The notes below the pieces were generated by a model. That model did not search any database and was not told the DNA's origin. It saw only the letters and a list, made by a program, of their open reading frames with translations. 64,000 bases of DNA from Styela clava (Eukaryota): the NCBI RefSeq assembly GCF_964204865.1, contig NC_135259.1, positions 16,430,001 to 16,494,000 of the forward strand, written 5' to 3'. Shown here piece after piece: positions 20,882-34,283 of this stretch. The position numbers and the translations under genes are program-made. The stretch's first letter is position 1. The number at the start of each line of letters is the position of its first letter.

Positions 20882-22415
20882 TATGGTGGCCCATCGTTGT
20901 CACGCGTAAAATTTAAAAAAAATTGAAAAATAAAATGAAAAAGCGAAAATAAAAAAATAGTTGTGAAAAAAAATAAAAATAATTGAAAAAAAAAAAATGA
21001 AAAAAAAAAATTAAAATTAAAAAAAAAATTAAAAATGAAAACGAAAAAAAAGACACGAAAAAAAAAAAAAATTGGATAAAAAGAAAATAAAAAGGTTGAC
21101 AACGATGGTCCGCCTGGCCCCTCGTTGTCACGCGTTTTTATTTTTAGAAAATTTGATGCTGCTTGGGACCAACGTTGTCAGGCTTAATCCTACACGCACA
21201 AATGTGTTTCCTGGGTTTCTAACTCACTACTGACTTTTATTAGCAATATCCAATAAATTCAACATGAAAATGTTCTATAAATTCTCCATGCTACAAGTTC
21301 AACCACAAGCAATATATTTATAATATTGATAAGAGAATATAGAATTGAATATGAAAATTTGTTTTTACGTGTAGAAGGTAATTTAATTGTAAAATTCTGC
21401 TTAACTGCTCAGTTGGCTGGACACTCGTGCGATGCCGGTACGGTACCGTCTGACCGTACCGGTACCCATGCAATCACTCATGAAAGAATGGGAGATACGG
21501 ATAGTCTCGTAGAATATAGACTACTGAAACACTCTCTGCGCCTGCCCCATACCGTACAGCCGTAACGTACCGATCCAGACAAATGATGAATCGCCCGTGC
21601 TCAACCATTTATTTCAATCCATACCTCGACTCACTATATTCTACTAGAATCGAGGTATGGATTGAAATAAATGATTGAGCACGGGCGATTCATCATTTGT
21701 CTGGATCGGTACGTTACGGCTGTACGGTATGGGGCAGGCGCAGAGAGTGTTTCAGTAGTCTATATTCTACGAGACTATCCGTATCTCCCATTCTTTCATG
21801 AGTGATTGCATGGCTACTGGTACGGTCAGACGCAAAGCGACTATAACCGACTACCGGTATTTGGTAAGACGGTACCGGCATCGCGAGTGTCCAGACAACT
21901 GAGTAGTTAACCAACATTCTCCAATTAAATTACCTTCTACACGTAAAAACAAATTTTCCGAATTTTCGTATTCAATTCTATATTCTCTTATCATTATTAT
22001 AAATATATTACTTCTTGTTGAACTTGTAGCATGGAGAATTAATAGAACATTTTCATATTGAATATTGCTCGAGAAAATCAGTAGTGAGTTGGAAACCCAG
22101 GGAACACATTTGTGCGCGTAGGATTATGCCTGACAACGTTGGTCCCAAGCAGAAGCAAATTTTCTAAAAATAAAAACGCGTGACAACGATGGGCCACGAG
22201 GCGGACCATCGTTGTCAACCTATTTATTTTCTTTTTATTCAAAATTTTTTTTTTTTTTTTTCAATTTAATTTTAATTATTTTTTTTTTAATTTAAATTTT
22301 TTTTTTCATTTTTTTTTCAATTATTTTTATGTTTTTTCACAACTATTTTTTTATTTTCGGTTTTTTATTTTATTTTTATTTTCAATTTTACGCGTGACAA
22401 CGATGGGCCACCATA
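20882..22415. mobile_element. Foldback element: near-complete 1.53-kb palindrome
   Basis: Terminus TATGGTGGCCCATCGTTGTCACGCGTAAAATT is exactly inverted at the other end. The arms stay complementary (A tract vs T tract, then unique sequence) up to a ~20-nt spacer at ~21630-21649. Direct repeat CACGTC flanks both ends. Confidence 0.9.
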
Positions 22416-25400
22416 CACGTCACAACAAAGCGTTGCGAAGTTTTCTTTATTAAGGATTAATCTGAAAAGCTAAAAACTGTAGAATTGAACGTTCGAAAAG
22501 CTTTAAACGAAGTTCAAAACACCAAAAATTTCTTGAAGTTGTTGTTTATCAAACTAATTTATTTTAAATAATTTGCTATATTGTCAACGACAATTTCAGT
22601 TGAAGTATTTCTTCATTTGAACACCGGTATTTTGTAATTCCCCTTCGTTTTCACAAATCATACTTCCCTGCAGTTGACTATTCTTTCATATTTCTCTAGC
22701 AGTTACTAATTAAATGCGTTCTATCGGTTTGCGCTTATTGACCCGCTACTCAATATTCGTCGTATTAGATATATTAGCGCATCGATTGGCCTACATTTGT
22801 CATAGATGACGACGTCGCTTTCTCTCTAAAGCCGATTGAAGAAGTGAGAAATAACATTTAAAATAATGTAACGTGTACGTTTCAAGTGACGCATGAACAC
22901 GCACCTTCTAACAGGCGCGATTGATTATTGCCACCGGGGTAAACTTCCCAGTTTTATTATCACTAGTTGTTAGTTTAGTTGTTATACAACTAGCGTGGCT
23001 GTTATTCAACGAATATTATCACCAAGAGGAGTGGAAGATTTTTGTTTTAGCAACTTACACTGCTTATATCCATATGAACTATCGATATGAACAATATTTT
23101 TCACTGATGTTGCGTATAAATGGAAACGAAAAATGAATAACAATGAATTTTCCCCAGAACCTTGACCTCAAAAAAAAGTCCTATGCTTATGCTTACAGTG
23201 TTTTGCGAGTTGGTTCTTGCAAACTAGTTCATGTCCAAAACTTTAATTCAAAATATTTGAACATCTGTCATTTGAAGGTACTATTAGCCAATCTATGCCT
23301 AAGACATCGCAGCTTTCCATGACTAATTTAAACCAAGTTGACAAAACCACGCAAGCTAATGCTTACAGCCATGTCTTAGAATCCGTCTGGGCGGAAAAGT
23401 GTCTTGAGCGCCAGCTGAATTTTAATTGTTACGTTCCTGTTAATATCTCGCTGATTAGCCAATATTACAGATATATGCAAGAAGTCAATAGTCGAGGAAA
23501 CATCCATCGAAAAACTCAATATACGATGTTTCACAATTACTAATATTTTATACCTTTCTGATTGTAGTTTTCGCTTCACTGAGTCGTCTCGCAATGTATA
23601 TATTGATTCTTTAAAGATCATCGTACCCATTAGGTTTAGTATTGACTTGTTCACCGCCCAATATCACACATAAATACGAATCGCAATTATCACGTTGATA
23701 TCAATGTGGCAAATCTCCTTAATTCCTTCAACGACACATTTTTTGTTTTAATGATTATATTTTCCACGGTTAAAATTTGAAGATTGTTTCGAAGGTGATT
23801 CTAGACATCGATTCTCATACTGAGCATGGTTGTTGGGACAATATTTCCTGTCCAATTTGCCCGTCGGATTTGTGCTCTAAATTTCATTGCTATACGTTAT
23901 TTATTTTAAAGTAACCAACAACTTCCTCTTTCAAGTTTATGGAAGTTACAGGACACCAGGTAAACAATTTCTGATATATATTTTTGAAACTGAATTGCTT
24001 AATGACACATGCGAAAATTAGATTTTATTGCGTTACGATAAAAGTTGGGTTATTGAAAAATGCACACCAAGGTATATTGTCATATTAATTTGAAACGATG
24101 TTTCTCGTCAATGTGAACCATTGACAAAAAATTAGAATAAAAAATGAAACATTGACAATCAACATTTCTGTTCTCGGGATCACTACATGGTTATACAAAT
24201 AATTTAGGAGACAATTTTATATTCATCTATTTTATGGAAATATATAATATTAGTGAATATAAATTATCGATATCTATGGCTGAGGGTAATCTACTAGCGA
24301 TATATAGGCTACATCCCTATCTGTAACTGTTTTTGCGCATGTTAGGCCATATCTTAATGCAATCTGATCATAAATAAATTACGTTGGGTAACCTCATAGC
24401 AGAGAGATTACCCAGTCACCAGTTATAGATTTAGTGAGCGAATTGTCAATTTTTACGTAAATTTTATTGAAGATAAAAATGGCGTGAATTGTCAAAGGAT
24501 AAACAGTGAATTAGATGAAGCAATAGTCAACTTGGCTGAATTTACCCTAATAAACCGCTATACCGTGCAAGATATCATGCAATATATATGCTTAATAACA
24601 AATTGGCGAACATACCTACCTCTGCGAATTGTCCGTCCGTTGAAATCACGGGAGAGTTAAACTCCGATATGAACAAGATTCTATTGAAACGAGTTTAACC
24701 GCAGACATAACTGAACTGTTTAATTTTAAAAATAGATTTTTCCGCCACAGTGCACTTGACAGGTAACTAACTACTCTTACGTCATTTTGGAAACGTGGCC
24801 TATGGATAAATGAATTTATTTTTCGGTGGGTCCCCGAAATTTGAACCGTTTTATTCCCTGAAAATTATATCGCACGCATTAATATAAGCTTTAGATTGAA
24901 ATAAATTGAGCGACAATTGGTTACAACGGTATTCCGCGTTGATGTAATTACTATTCGATTGTTTGGTATAGGATTTTTGTGATTCAGTTTACCGTCGAAT
25001 TTTGAAGTTGTAACTGTACTTATATTATATTATATATTAGAATATATTATACACCAATGAGAATGTAGAATACGTCAGACAGGCATTGCCGTGCACTCAA
25101 AATCGAATTCAATTTTGGACGTTTTAACCTTTAAAGCCTGGAGTCATCCGCACACTTTTTCGCCAACTCTATGTAAAACACATGGGCTGCTAAACCAGAT
25201 TCCCTATTCAGCAGGAATTACTAATCAAAAATAAACAAATAATTGTGACGTCAAATTTAATACTCGTGGAGAGTGGAGTCGGCAGTGACCTCCAACCTCA
25301 AATACATCAGTGCGCGCTCGATTGATGATTGAAGTTTGAATCACGCTTGATTGTCAGGGATTGAGTCAGGGTTATGCAACTTTATTAGCTGTTTGGCGTT

Positions 25401-26778
25401 GCAGTTCAATATCTGTATGCGTTATATATTGTTTTCTATCCAAAGTGTAACCACAATGAAAGGCGATAGTATCGGCTCAGTTGTGTAAATTTTCGACTTG
25501 GCCAACATTGGCAATAGTGAATGAAATCTGCAATAGCGCGTCAAATAAAGGCGGATAAGAGGGAAATTTTGTAGAGCAATGAGCGACTGAAAAACTGCGG
25601 AGAGTTGCTAGTTGTAGTCACTCAGTTATTAACGCTAGGTGTTCCAATATATAAATAAATCAGTTGCGGTTAATTCCGCGTTTTGTTCGTACCTTATGTA
25701 CGCCCCCGGACAAGCTTCATCACCTCACAAATAGCGGCGGCCACATTCTTTTATAGATTGTAAACAGAGTAGGTTGGCTTTGATTTGGGTAAAATTGAGT
25801 CAGGGAGGCTTTCATCGTTCCATTATAGCTTTTGTTATTTAATAGGCAACATCGGAAACTACGTCAAAAATAATATCGATAATGCCATCTAGGAACTGCC
25901 GCAATCAGTATTCGTTACTTGTCAGTCATTGAGTTCTGAACAAAAAACGTCATATTCTGAGTCACGCAGGTTTAGATTAGATAACCAAGTCAGACATGAC
26001 GCTCAAGCCACTTCTTTTAATAGACTGTGTCGTCTATTGATTCTATACTCTAGTCTAAACTAAAATATGGTTTCAAATATTTATCCATGTGTATTGATAT
26101 ATGGAAAAAACCATATACGCATTTCTTAATTAATCCCGAGGTAATTAATCTTAGTGGTGGGGAGTCGAGCCACCTTCAAGGCATGATATGCCTTCTCCGT
26201 TATTAATGTATTGAATGTATCCAAATGTATTCAATCCATTAACTGTTATCAATTCAGCACCGCTGGCTTCACACGTCATATTATTCATACTCATATGATT
26301 TAAACTCAGTAACAAATATCGAACAAGGAAGTCGCTACGCGGATAGACTTTATACTAATGAGTCTCGAAATAGAATAACTGCACTGATATGTATATATAC
26401 ACGAAGGCCTAAAGAAATGATATATAGCATTTATTCACTGTAAACGAGTGTCACTTTGGCTCAAACGATCAAAATAAATAATGATAAAATTAGAGCAGCT
26501 TTGGAATACTCAAATGCCTCTTTCGGTTCATTTGTTGCCAAAAAGTTACCCAAACCTGTTATAGTAACCGAGTGTGCACTGGGTTTGGTTTCGTAATTCT
26601 CTCTCGCCGAAACTAAATTAGATACAGTATTAATTATAATTAACACTTGGAAAAAAAGAACTCCTGTCACACTACTGAAAGTAATATCGCTAACATACAA
26701 AACTTCCATTCAAACTCTACCTTTCTGTTCAAAGGCCAAAACAGTATAACAAATATAAAAACCTATCAATCTGCAGCA

Positions 26779-27300
26779 ATGAATGACTACATTGAAACCA
26801 AAAATCTTCTGCCATCTGAAATACGCTTTGTAAAAAGCAAAGTTCGCTCCCATTTCACAACTGGAAAATCAGCCAATGACATCGCAGAAACACTCATGGG
26901 GAAATCGTGGAACAAGTTGGAAGTCAAGGACTTAGATGTCATTCGCGTATTCCGACGAGAAGGGAGATATTATACATTGGATGATCTACTACTCTACGTG
27001 TTTCGTGTTGCCCAATATAACGACGCAATTCGAAAAATAAAGGTTAATGTGGTTAGCAAAAGATCACTGAGGTCAGAAAAATTGTCATTGGCTGGAGGTC
27101 GTAATATCATTTTAATTGGCGACGAAACACTACCCCACTGCAAACCACATTGGCTCAAAGAGACTGGTTTTACCGTATTCGATGAAACGAAAGTTCCGAC
27201 CCCAATAACTACTGTCATGGATTATTCATTTCTTGAAGGATCAACAAGTTCTTATGGTGAAACGGTATGTATCAATAATCTTGGGCAGTTTATATACTAA
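26779..27300 (+). CDS. Uncharacterised protein with a degenerate ParB/sulfiredoxin-like fold (copy 1)
   Basis: LLPSEIRF..KV.SHF..GKS..DIAE.L..LDVIRVFR..YYTLDDLLLYVFR..KIKV follows the pattern, as I recall it, of small invertebrate ParB/Srx-like proteins (PS.IRFSQ..F..G..I.V..YS.DNRRL.VF). A possible donor GTATGT near 27265 may change the C-terminus. Confidence 0.55.
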   Translation: MNDYIETKNLLPSEIRFVKSKVRSHFTTGKSANDIAETLMGKSWNKLEVKDLDVIRVFRREGRYYTLDDLLLYVFRVAQYNDAIRKIKVNVVSKRSLRSEKLSLAGGRNIILIGDETLPHCKPHWLKETGFTVFDETKVPTPITTVMDYSFLEGSTSSYGETVCINNLGQFIY

Positions 27301-27302
27301 AG

Positions 27303-27458
27303 CAGAGGTTCTCGAACTTTTTTAGGCCACGCCCCCTTTTTAGAATTTATCAAAAAATAACCAGATAACAATAAGGTACAAATAACAGATTGTAAGGCGA
27401 AAGTATGTTTTTATTGAAAAATACGTGGATGGAATCGTTAACCGTTTGTGAACCACTG
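27303..27458. mobile_element. Charlie-type hAT MITE (copy in duplication unit 1)
   Basis: CAGAGGTTCTC...GTGAACCACTG termini; degenerate 8-bp TSD TACTAAAG/TTTTAAAG. Confidence 0.6.
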
Positions 27459-30400
27459 TTTTAAAGGATTGTTTGCGAAAAACTATTTATAATGTCTCGG
27501 CATAGTAGAGATGATCGACTAATTCACCAGTATTAAAAACTGTTAAATCCGAAATCAGACAAATTCTCGGTTTTGTTATCACAAAGTTTTCGTTGCAAAC
27601 CATTATTTATTATTAGTGCTGTGTGCCAGTTTGGGATGCTTTATTAGCATTGAAGCCGGTATTTTCAAACACCCGGGAGTAAAAATATCTATATTCTTGG
27701 TGGCGATATCGAATCATAAATTTCAACAATAAATACGCATTACTTATAATTATCGATGCATTCTGAATCCACAATAAAAGAACATACGTCTGGATTTTTG
27801 TTATCAAAAACTCACTTCCTCGTAGGTTGGAGTGCGAGTCAAAATTTCTTCAAGATACTGGAATCGAAAGTCGAAATTTTGCAATCGCAGCCGTTTTTTA
27901 GATGACCCGGAGTTTGGAGTAATGTGTAAATTTTCTCAGCCATGAGAAAAAAGCACTATGATAATATTGATCGTGCTCAATATTTTATTTTTGTTTTTGA
28001 AGCGTTATATTACACCCACTTAGAACCAGCCCACACATTGCAGTTTCGACATGTAAACTCGTGTAGTTAGATTTATTGAAACTGCTTCACTTTTTAAAAC
28101 CACCCAAACAAACAAACTTATTAGATTTAATATTGCTATTTATAACCAGAACAAACTAATCGACGGTGAACAAGTTTCTGTTGCTGAACAAAGTATGTTG
28201 TGGAAAATGTTCTACGAGATTTGGGAAAATGTTTGTCGTTGGATTCGCCAAAAAGTTTCTAACAGAAGGAAACAAAGAAATCAAATAATATAACTTTGGC
28301 CGGTAACTAGGTAACCTGACTTGCACGAAACAACGGAGAAGAGGCAAGTTTTGGTTGGAACGCTATATTCAGATTGATATTCATAACGGGCATGTCCTCG
28401 GAAAATTAGTTTTATCGCCTCTGATGTAAAACTTATTGGCACCTTGCGAATGACTAATTTAAACCAAGTTGACAAAACCACGCAAGCTAATGCTTACAGC
28501 CATGTCTTAGAATCCGTCTGGGCGGAAAAGTGTCTTGAGCGCCAGCTGAATTTTACTTGTTACGTTCCTGTTAATATCTCGCTGATTAGCCAATATTACA
28601 CATGTATGCAAGAAGTCAATAGTCGAGGAAACATCCATCGAAAAACTCAATATACGATGTTGCACAATTACTAATATTTTATACCTTTCTGATTGTAGTT
28701 TTCGCTTCACTGAGTCGTCTCGCAATGTATATATTGATTCTTTAAAGATCATCGTACCCATTAGGTTTAGTATTGACTTGTTCACCGCCCAATATCACAC
28801 ATAAATACGAATCGCAATTATCACGTTGATATCAATGTGGCAAATCTCCTTAATTCCTTCAACGACACATTTTTTGTTTTAATGATTATATTTTCCACGG
28901 TTAAAATTTGAAGATTGTTTCGAAGGTGATTCTAGACATCGATTCTCATACTGAGCATGGTTGTTGGGACAATATTTCCTGTCCAATTTGCCCGTCGGCT
29001 TTGTGCTCTAAATTTCATTGCTATACGTTATTTATTTTAAAGTAACCAACAACTTCCTCTTCCAAGTTTATGGAAGTTACAGGACACCAGGTAAACAATT
29101 TCTGATATTTTTGAAACTGAATTGCTTAATGACTCATGCGAAAATTAGATGTTACGATAAAAGATGCACACCAAGGTATATTGTCATATTAAATTGAAAC
29201 GATGTTTCTCGTCAATGTGAACCATTGACAAAAAATTAGAATAAAAAATGAAACATTGACAATCAACATTTCTGTTCTCGGGATCACTACATGGTTATAC
29301 AAATAATTTAGGAGACAATTTTATATTCATCTATTTTATGGAAATATATAGTATTAGTGAATATAAATTATCGATATCTATGGCTGAGGGTAATCTACTA
29401 GCGATATATAGGCTACACCCCTATCTGTAACTGTTTTTGCGCATGTTCGGCCATATCTTAATGCAATCTGATCATAAATAAATTACGTTGGGTAACCTCA
29501 TAGCAGAGAGATTACCCAGTCACCAGTTATAGATTTAGTGAGCGAATTGTCAATTTTTACGTAAATTTTATTGAAGATAAAAATGGCGTGAATTGTCAAA
29601 GGATAAACAGTGAATTAGATGAAGCAATAGTCAACTTGGCTGAATTTACCCTAATAAACCGCTATACCGTGCAAGATATCATGCAATACATATGCTTAAT
29701 AATAAATTGGCGAACATACCTACCTCTGCGAATTGTCCGTCCGTTGAAATCACGGGAGAGTTAAACTCCGATATGAACAAGATTCTATTGAAACGAGTTT
29801 AACCGCAGACATAACTGAACTGTTTAATTTTAAAAATAGATTTTTCCGCCACAGTGCACTTGACAGGTAACTAACTACTCTTACGTCATTTTGGAAACGT
29901 GGCCTATGGATAAATGAATTTATTTTTCGGTGGGTCCCCGAAATTTGAACCGTTTTATTCCCTGAAAATTATATCGCACGCATTAATATAAGCTTTAGAT
30001 TGAAATAAATTGGGCGACAATTGGTTACAACGGTATTGCGCGTTGATGTAATTACTATTCGATTGTTTGGTATAGGATTTTTGTGATTCAGTTTACCGTC
30101 GAATTTTGAAGTTGTAACTGTACTTATATTATATTATATTAAATATTAGAATATATTATACACCAATGAGAATGTAGAATACGTCAGACAGGCATTGCCG
30201 TGCACTCAAAATCAAATTCAATTTTGGACGTTTTAACATAAAGAGCCTGGAGTCATCCGCACACTTTTTCGCCAACTCTATGTAAAACACATGGGCTGCT
30301 AAACCACATCCCCTATTCAGGAGGAATTACTAATCAAAAATAAACAAATAATTGTGACGTCAAATTTAATACTCGTGGAGAGTGGAGTCGGCAGTGACCT

Positions 30401-31912
30401 CCAACCTCAAATACATCAGTGCGCGCTCGATTGATGATTGAAGTTTGAATCACGCTTGATTGTCAGGGATTGAGTCAGGGTTATGCAACGTTATTAGCTG
30501 TTTGGCGTTGCAGTTCAATATCTGTATGCGTTATATATTGTTTTCTATCCAAAGTGTAACCACAATGAAAGGCGATAGTATCGGCTCAGTTGTGTAAATT
30601 TTCGACTTGGCCAACATTGGCAATAGTGAATGAAATTTGCAATGGCGCGTCAAATAAAGGCGGATAAGAGGGAAATTTTGTAGAGCAATGAGCGACTGAA
30701 AAACTGCGGAGAGTTGCTAGTTGTAGTCACCCAGTTATTAACGCTAGGTGTTCCAATATATAAATAAATCAGTTGCGGTTAATTCCGCGTTTTGTTCGTA
30801 CCTTATGTACGCCCCCGGACAAGCTTCATCACCTCACAAATAGCGGCGGCCACATTCTTTTATAGATTGTAAACAGAGTAGGTTGGCTTTGATTTGGGTA
30901 AAATTGAATCAGGGAGGCTTTCATCGTTCCATTTTAGCTTTTGTTATTTAATAGGCAACATCGGAAACTACGTCAAAAATAATATCGATAATGCCATCTA
31001 GGAACTGCCGCAATCAGTATTCGTTACTTGTCAGTCATTGAGTTCTGAACAAAAAACGTCATATTCTGAGTCACGCAGGTTTAGATTAGATAACCAAGTC
31101 AGACATGACGCTCAAGCCACTTCTTTTAATAGACTGTGTCGTCTATTGATTCTATACTCTAGTCTAAACTAAAATATGGTTTCAAATATTTATCCATGTG
31201 TATTGATATATGGAAAAAACCATATACGCATTTCTTAATTAATCCCGAGGTAATTAATCCTAGTGGTGGGGAGTCGAGCCACCTTCAAGGCATGATATGC
31301 CTTCTCCGTTATTAATGTATTGAATGTATCCAAATGTATTCAATCCATTAACTGTTATCAATTCAGCACCGCTGGCTTCACACGTCATATTATTCATACT
31401 CATATGATTTAAACTCAGTAACAAATATCGAACAAGGAAGTCGCTACGCGGATAGACTTTATACTAATGAGTCTCGATGATGAATTAGGATTGACTTAAA
31501 AATAGAATAACTGCACTGATATATATATATATACACGAAGGCCTAAAGAAATGATATATAGCATTTATTCACTGTAAACGAGTGTCACTTTGGCTCAAAC
31601 GATCAAAATAAATAATGATAAAATTAGAGCAGCTTTGGAATACTCAAATGCCTCTTTCGGTTCATTTGTTGCCAAAAAGTTACCCAAACCTGTTATAGTA
31701 ACCGAGTGTGCACTGGGTTTGGTTTCGTAATTCTCTCTCGCCGAAACTAAATTAGATACAGTATTAATTATAATTAACACTTGGAAAAAAAGAACTCCTG
31801 TCACACTACTGAAAGTAATATCGCTAACATACAAAACTTCCATTCAAACTCTACCTTTCTGTTCAAAGGCCAAAACAGTATAACAAATATAAAAACCTAT
31901 CAATCTGCAGCA

Positions 31913-32434
31913 ATGAATGACTACATTGAAACCAAAAATCTTCTGCCATCTGAAATACGCTTTGTAAAAAGCAAAGTTCGCTCCCATTTCACAACTGGAA
32001 AATCAGCCAATGACATCGCAGAAACACTCATGGGGAAATCGTGGAACAAGTTGGAAGTCAAGGACTTAGATGTCATTCGCGTATTCCGACGAGAAGGGAG
32101 ATATTATACATTGGATGATCTACTACTCTACGCGTTTCGTGTTGCCCAATATAACGACGCAATTCGAAAAATAAAGGTTAATGTGGTTAGCAAAAGATCA
32201 CTGAGGTCAGAAAAATTGTCATTGGCTGGAGGTCGTAATATCATTTTAATTGGCGACGAAACACTACCCCACTGCAAACCACGTTGGCTCAAAGAGACTG
32301 GTTTTACCGTATTCGATGAAACGGAAGTTCCGACCCCAATAATTACTGTCATGGATTATTCATTTCTTGAAGGAGCAACAAGTTCTTCTGGTGAAACGGT
32401 ATGTACCAATAATCTTGGGCAGTTTATATACTAA
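31913..32434 (+). CDS. Uncharacterised degenerate ParB/Srx-like protein (copy 2)
   Basis: Duplicate of 26779-27300 with 7 amino-acid differences. Confidence 0.55.
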   Translation: MNDYIETKNLLPSEIRFVKSKVRSHFTTGKSANDIAETLMGKSWNKLEVKDLDVIRVFRREGRYYTLDDLLLYAFRVAQYNDAIRKIKVNVVSKRSLRSEKLSLAGGRNIILIGDETLPHCKPRWLKETGFTVFDETEVPTPIITVMDYSFLEGATSSSGETVCTNNLGQFIY

Positions 32435-32436
32435 AG

Positions 32437-32592
32437 CAGAGGTTCTCGAACTTTTTTAGGCCGCGCCCCCTTTTTAGAATTTATCAAAAAATAACCAGAT
32501 AACAATAAGGTACAAATAACAGATTGTAAGGCGAAAGTATGTTTTTATTGAAAAATACGTGGATGGAATCGTTAACCGGTTGTGAACCACTG
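32437..32592. mobile_element. Charlie-type hAT MITE (copy in duplication unit 2)
   Basis: Duplicate of 27303-27458. Confidence 0.6.
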
Positions 32593-34283
32593 TTTTAAAG
32601 GATTGTTTGTGAAAAACTATTTATAATGTCTCGGCATAGTAGAGATGATCGACTAATTCACCAGTATTAAAAACTGTTAAATCCGAAATCAGACAAATTC
32701 TCGGTTTTGTTATCACAAAGTTTTCGTTGCAAACCATTATTTATTATTAGTGCTGTGTGCCAGTTTGGGATGCTTTATTAGCATTGAAGCCGGTATTTTC
32801 AAACACCCGGGAGTAAAAATATCTATATTCTTGGTGGCGATATCGAATCATAAATTTCAACAATAAATACGCATTACTTAAAATTATCGATGCATTCTGA
32901 ATCCACAATAAAAGAACATACGTCTGGATTTTTGTTATCAAAAACTCACTTCCTCGTAGGTTGGAGTGCGAGTCAAAATTTTCTTCAAGATATGGGAATC
33001 GAAAGTCGAAATTTTGCAATCGCAGCCGTTTTTTAGATGACCCGGAGTTTGGAGTAATGTGTAAATTTTCTCAGCCATGAGAAAAAAGCACTATGATAAT
33101 ATTGATCTTGCTCAATATTTTATTTTTGTTTTCAAAGCGTTATATTACACCCACTTAGAACCAGCCCATTGCAGTTTCGATATGTAAACTCGTGTAGTTA
33201 GATTTATTGAAAATGCTTCAATTTTTAAAACCACCCAAACAACCAAACTTATTATATAAAGTATTGCTATTTATAACCAGAACAAACTAATCGACGGTGA
33301 ACAAGTTTCTGTTGCTGAACAAAGTATGTTGTGGAAAATGTTCTACGGGATTTGGGAAAATGTTTGTCGTTGGATTCGCCAAAAAGTTTCTAACAGAAGG
33401 CAACAAAGAAATCAAATAATATAACTTTGACCGGTAACTAGGTAACCTGACTTGCACGAAACAACGGAGAAGAGGCAAGTTTTGGTTGGAACGCTATATT
33501 CAGATTGATATTCATATAAGGCATGTCCTCGGAAAATACACATTAGTTTTATCGCCTCTGATGTAAAACTTATTGGCACCTTGCGAATGACGGACCTTCA
33601 GAGTGTAAGATTAAACTAAACCGTCAAGTGCGGATGACGAATATTACTTAATGTTCAGATTCGTTTTTATTGAAGCTAGTATAAACTGTAAATAAAATAT
33701 TGTCGAAAAGAATTTTTTTTTACATTGTAGAAATATTTTCTGTTCCAAAATGACTCTTTCCTTCGTTGATTGCGAGGATATTTTGAATCTCTATTATACC
33801 TTTAATCCATTTCAAACGAATATCAAGCTTGAAAAAAGATTTCAAAGACACCGACGATCGCGACAAATTTAGTATTGAGGCCAGGCGGTCTCGAGTAGGG
33901 ATGGCGGACTCGACTCCGGAATCGATTCTGCGTGGATTCGAATGAAATTGATTCCGATGTCTTGGAATCAAATCTTAGAATTAAAACTTGGAGGTATAAC
34001 GTTTTGTGACAAGTCCTACTGGACCAATTGCTTTGTGAAATTTTCAGTGGTTGAAAATTGAATTTTTTTCTCTAGAAATACATGAAATACATTTCATGTA
34101 TTTCAAAAATTTCTGAGGGCTCTAAGGCATAGGCTACTTTTTTGTGTGCGATTTTGTCTACTCTGACAGATTGAATACCCATACTACTTAGTTTTGGTCT
34201 TCGTGTCCATATATATTCGAACATCGCTATCTTGTTCGAATCATATGATATTGTTTAAGTGGGTATGTTAACTCCGGTAAACG

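Larger units (their letters stand above)
23319..33591. repeat. Recent head-to-tail tandem duplication of a ~5.13-kb unit (23319-28449 and 28450-33591)
   Basis: Near-identical sequence and duplicated ORFs in the track. 5-bp microhomology ATGAC at 23319, 28450 and 33587. Confidence 0.95.

Noticed and set aside
20881-21917. Phe-rich ORFs and the twin ORFs at 21326 and 21714
   Set aside because: Artefacts of A/T tracts and of the palindrome's mirrored arms.
10256-22415. Functional link between vasa (piRNA pathway) and the flanking transposons
   Set aside because: Vasa lies outside both elements' termini, and adjacency alone is no evidence in a repeat-rich region.
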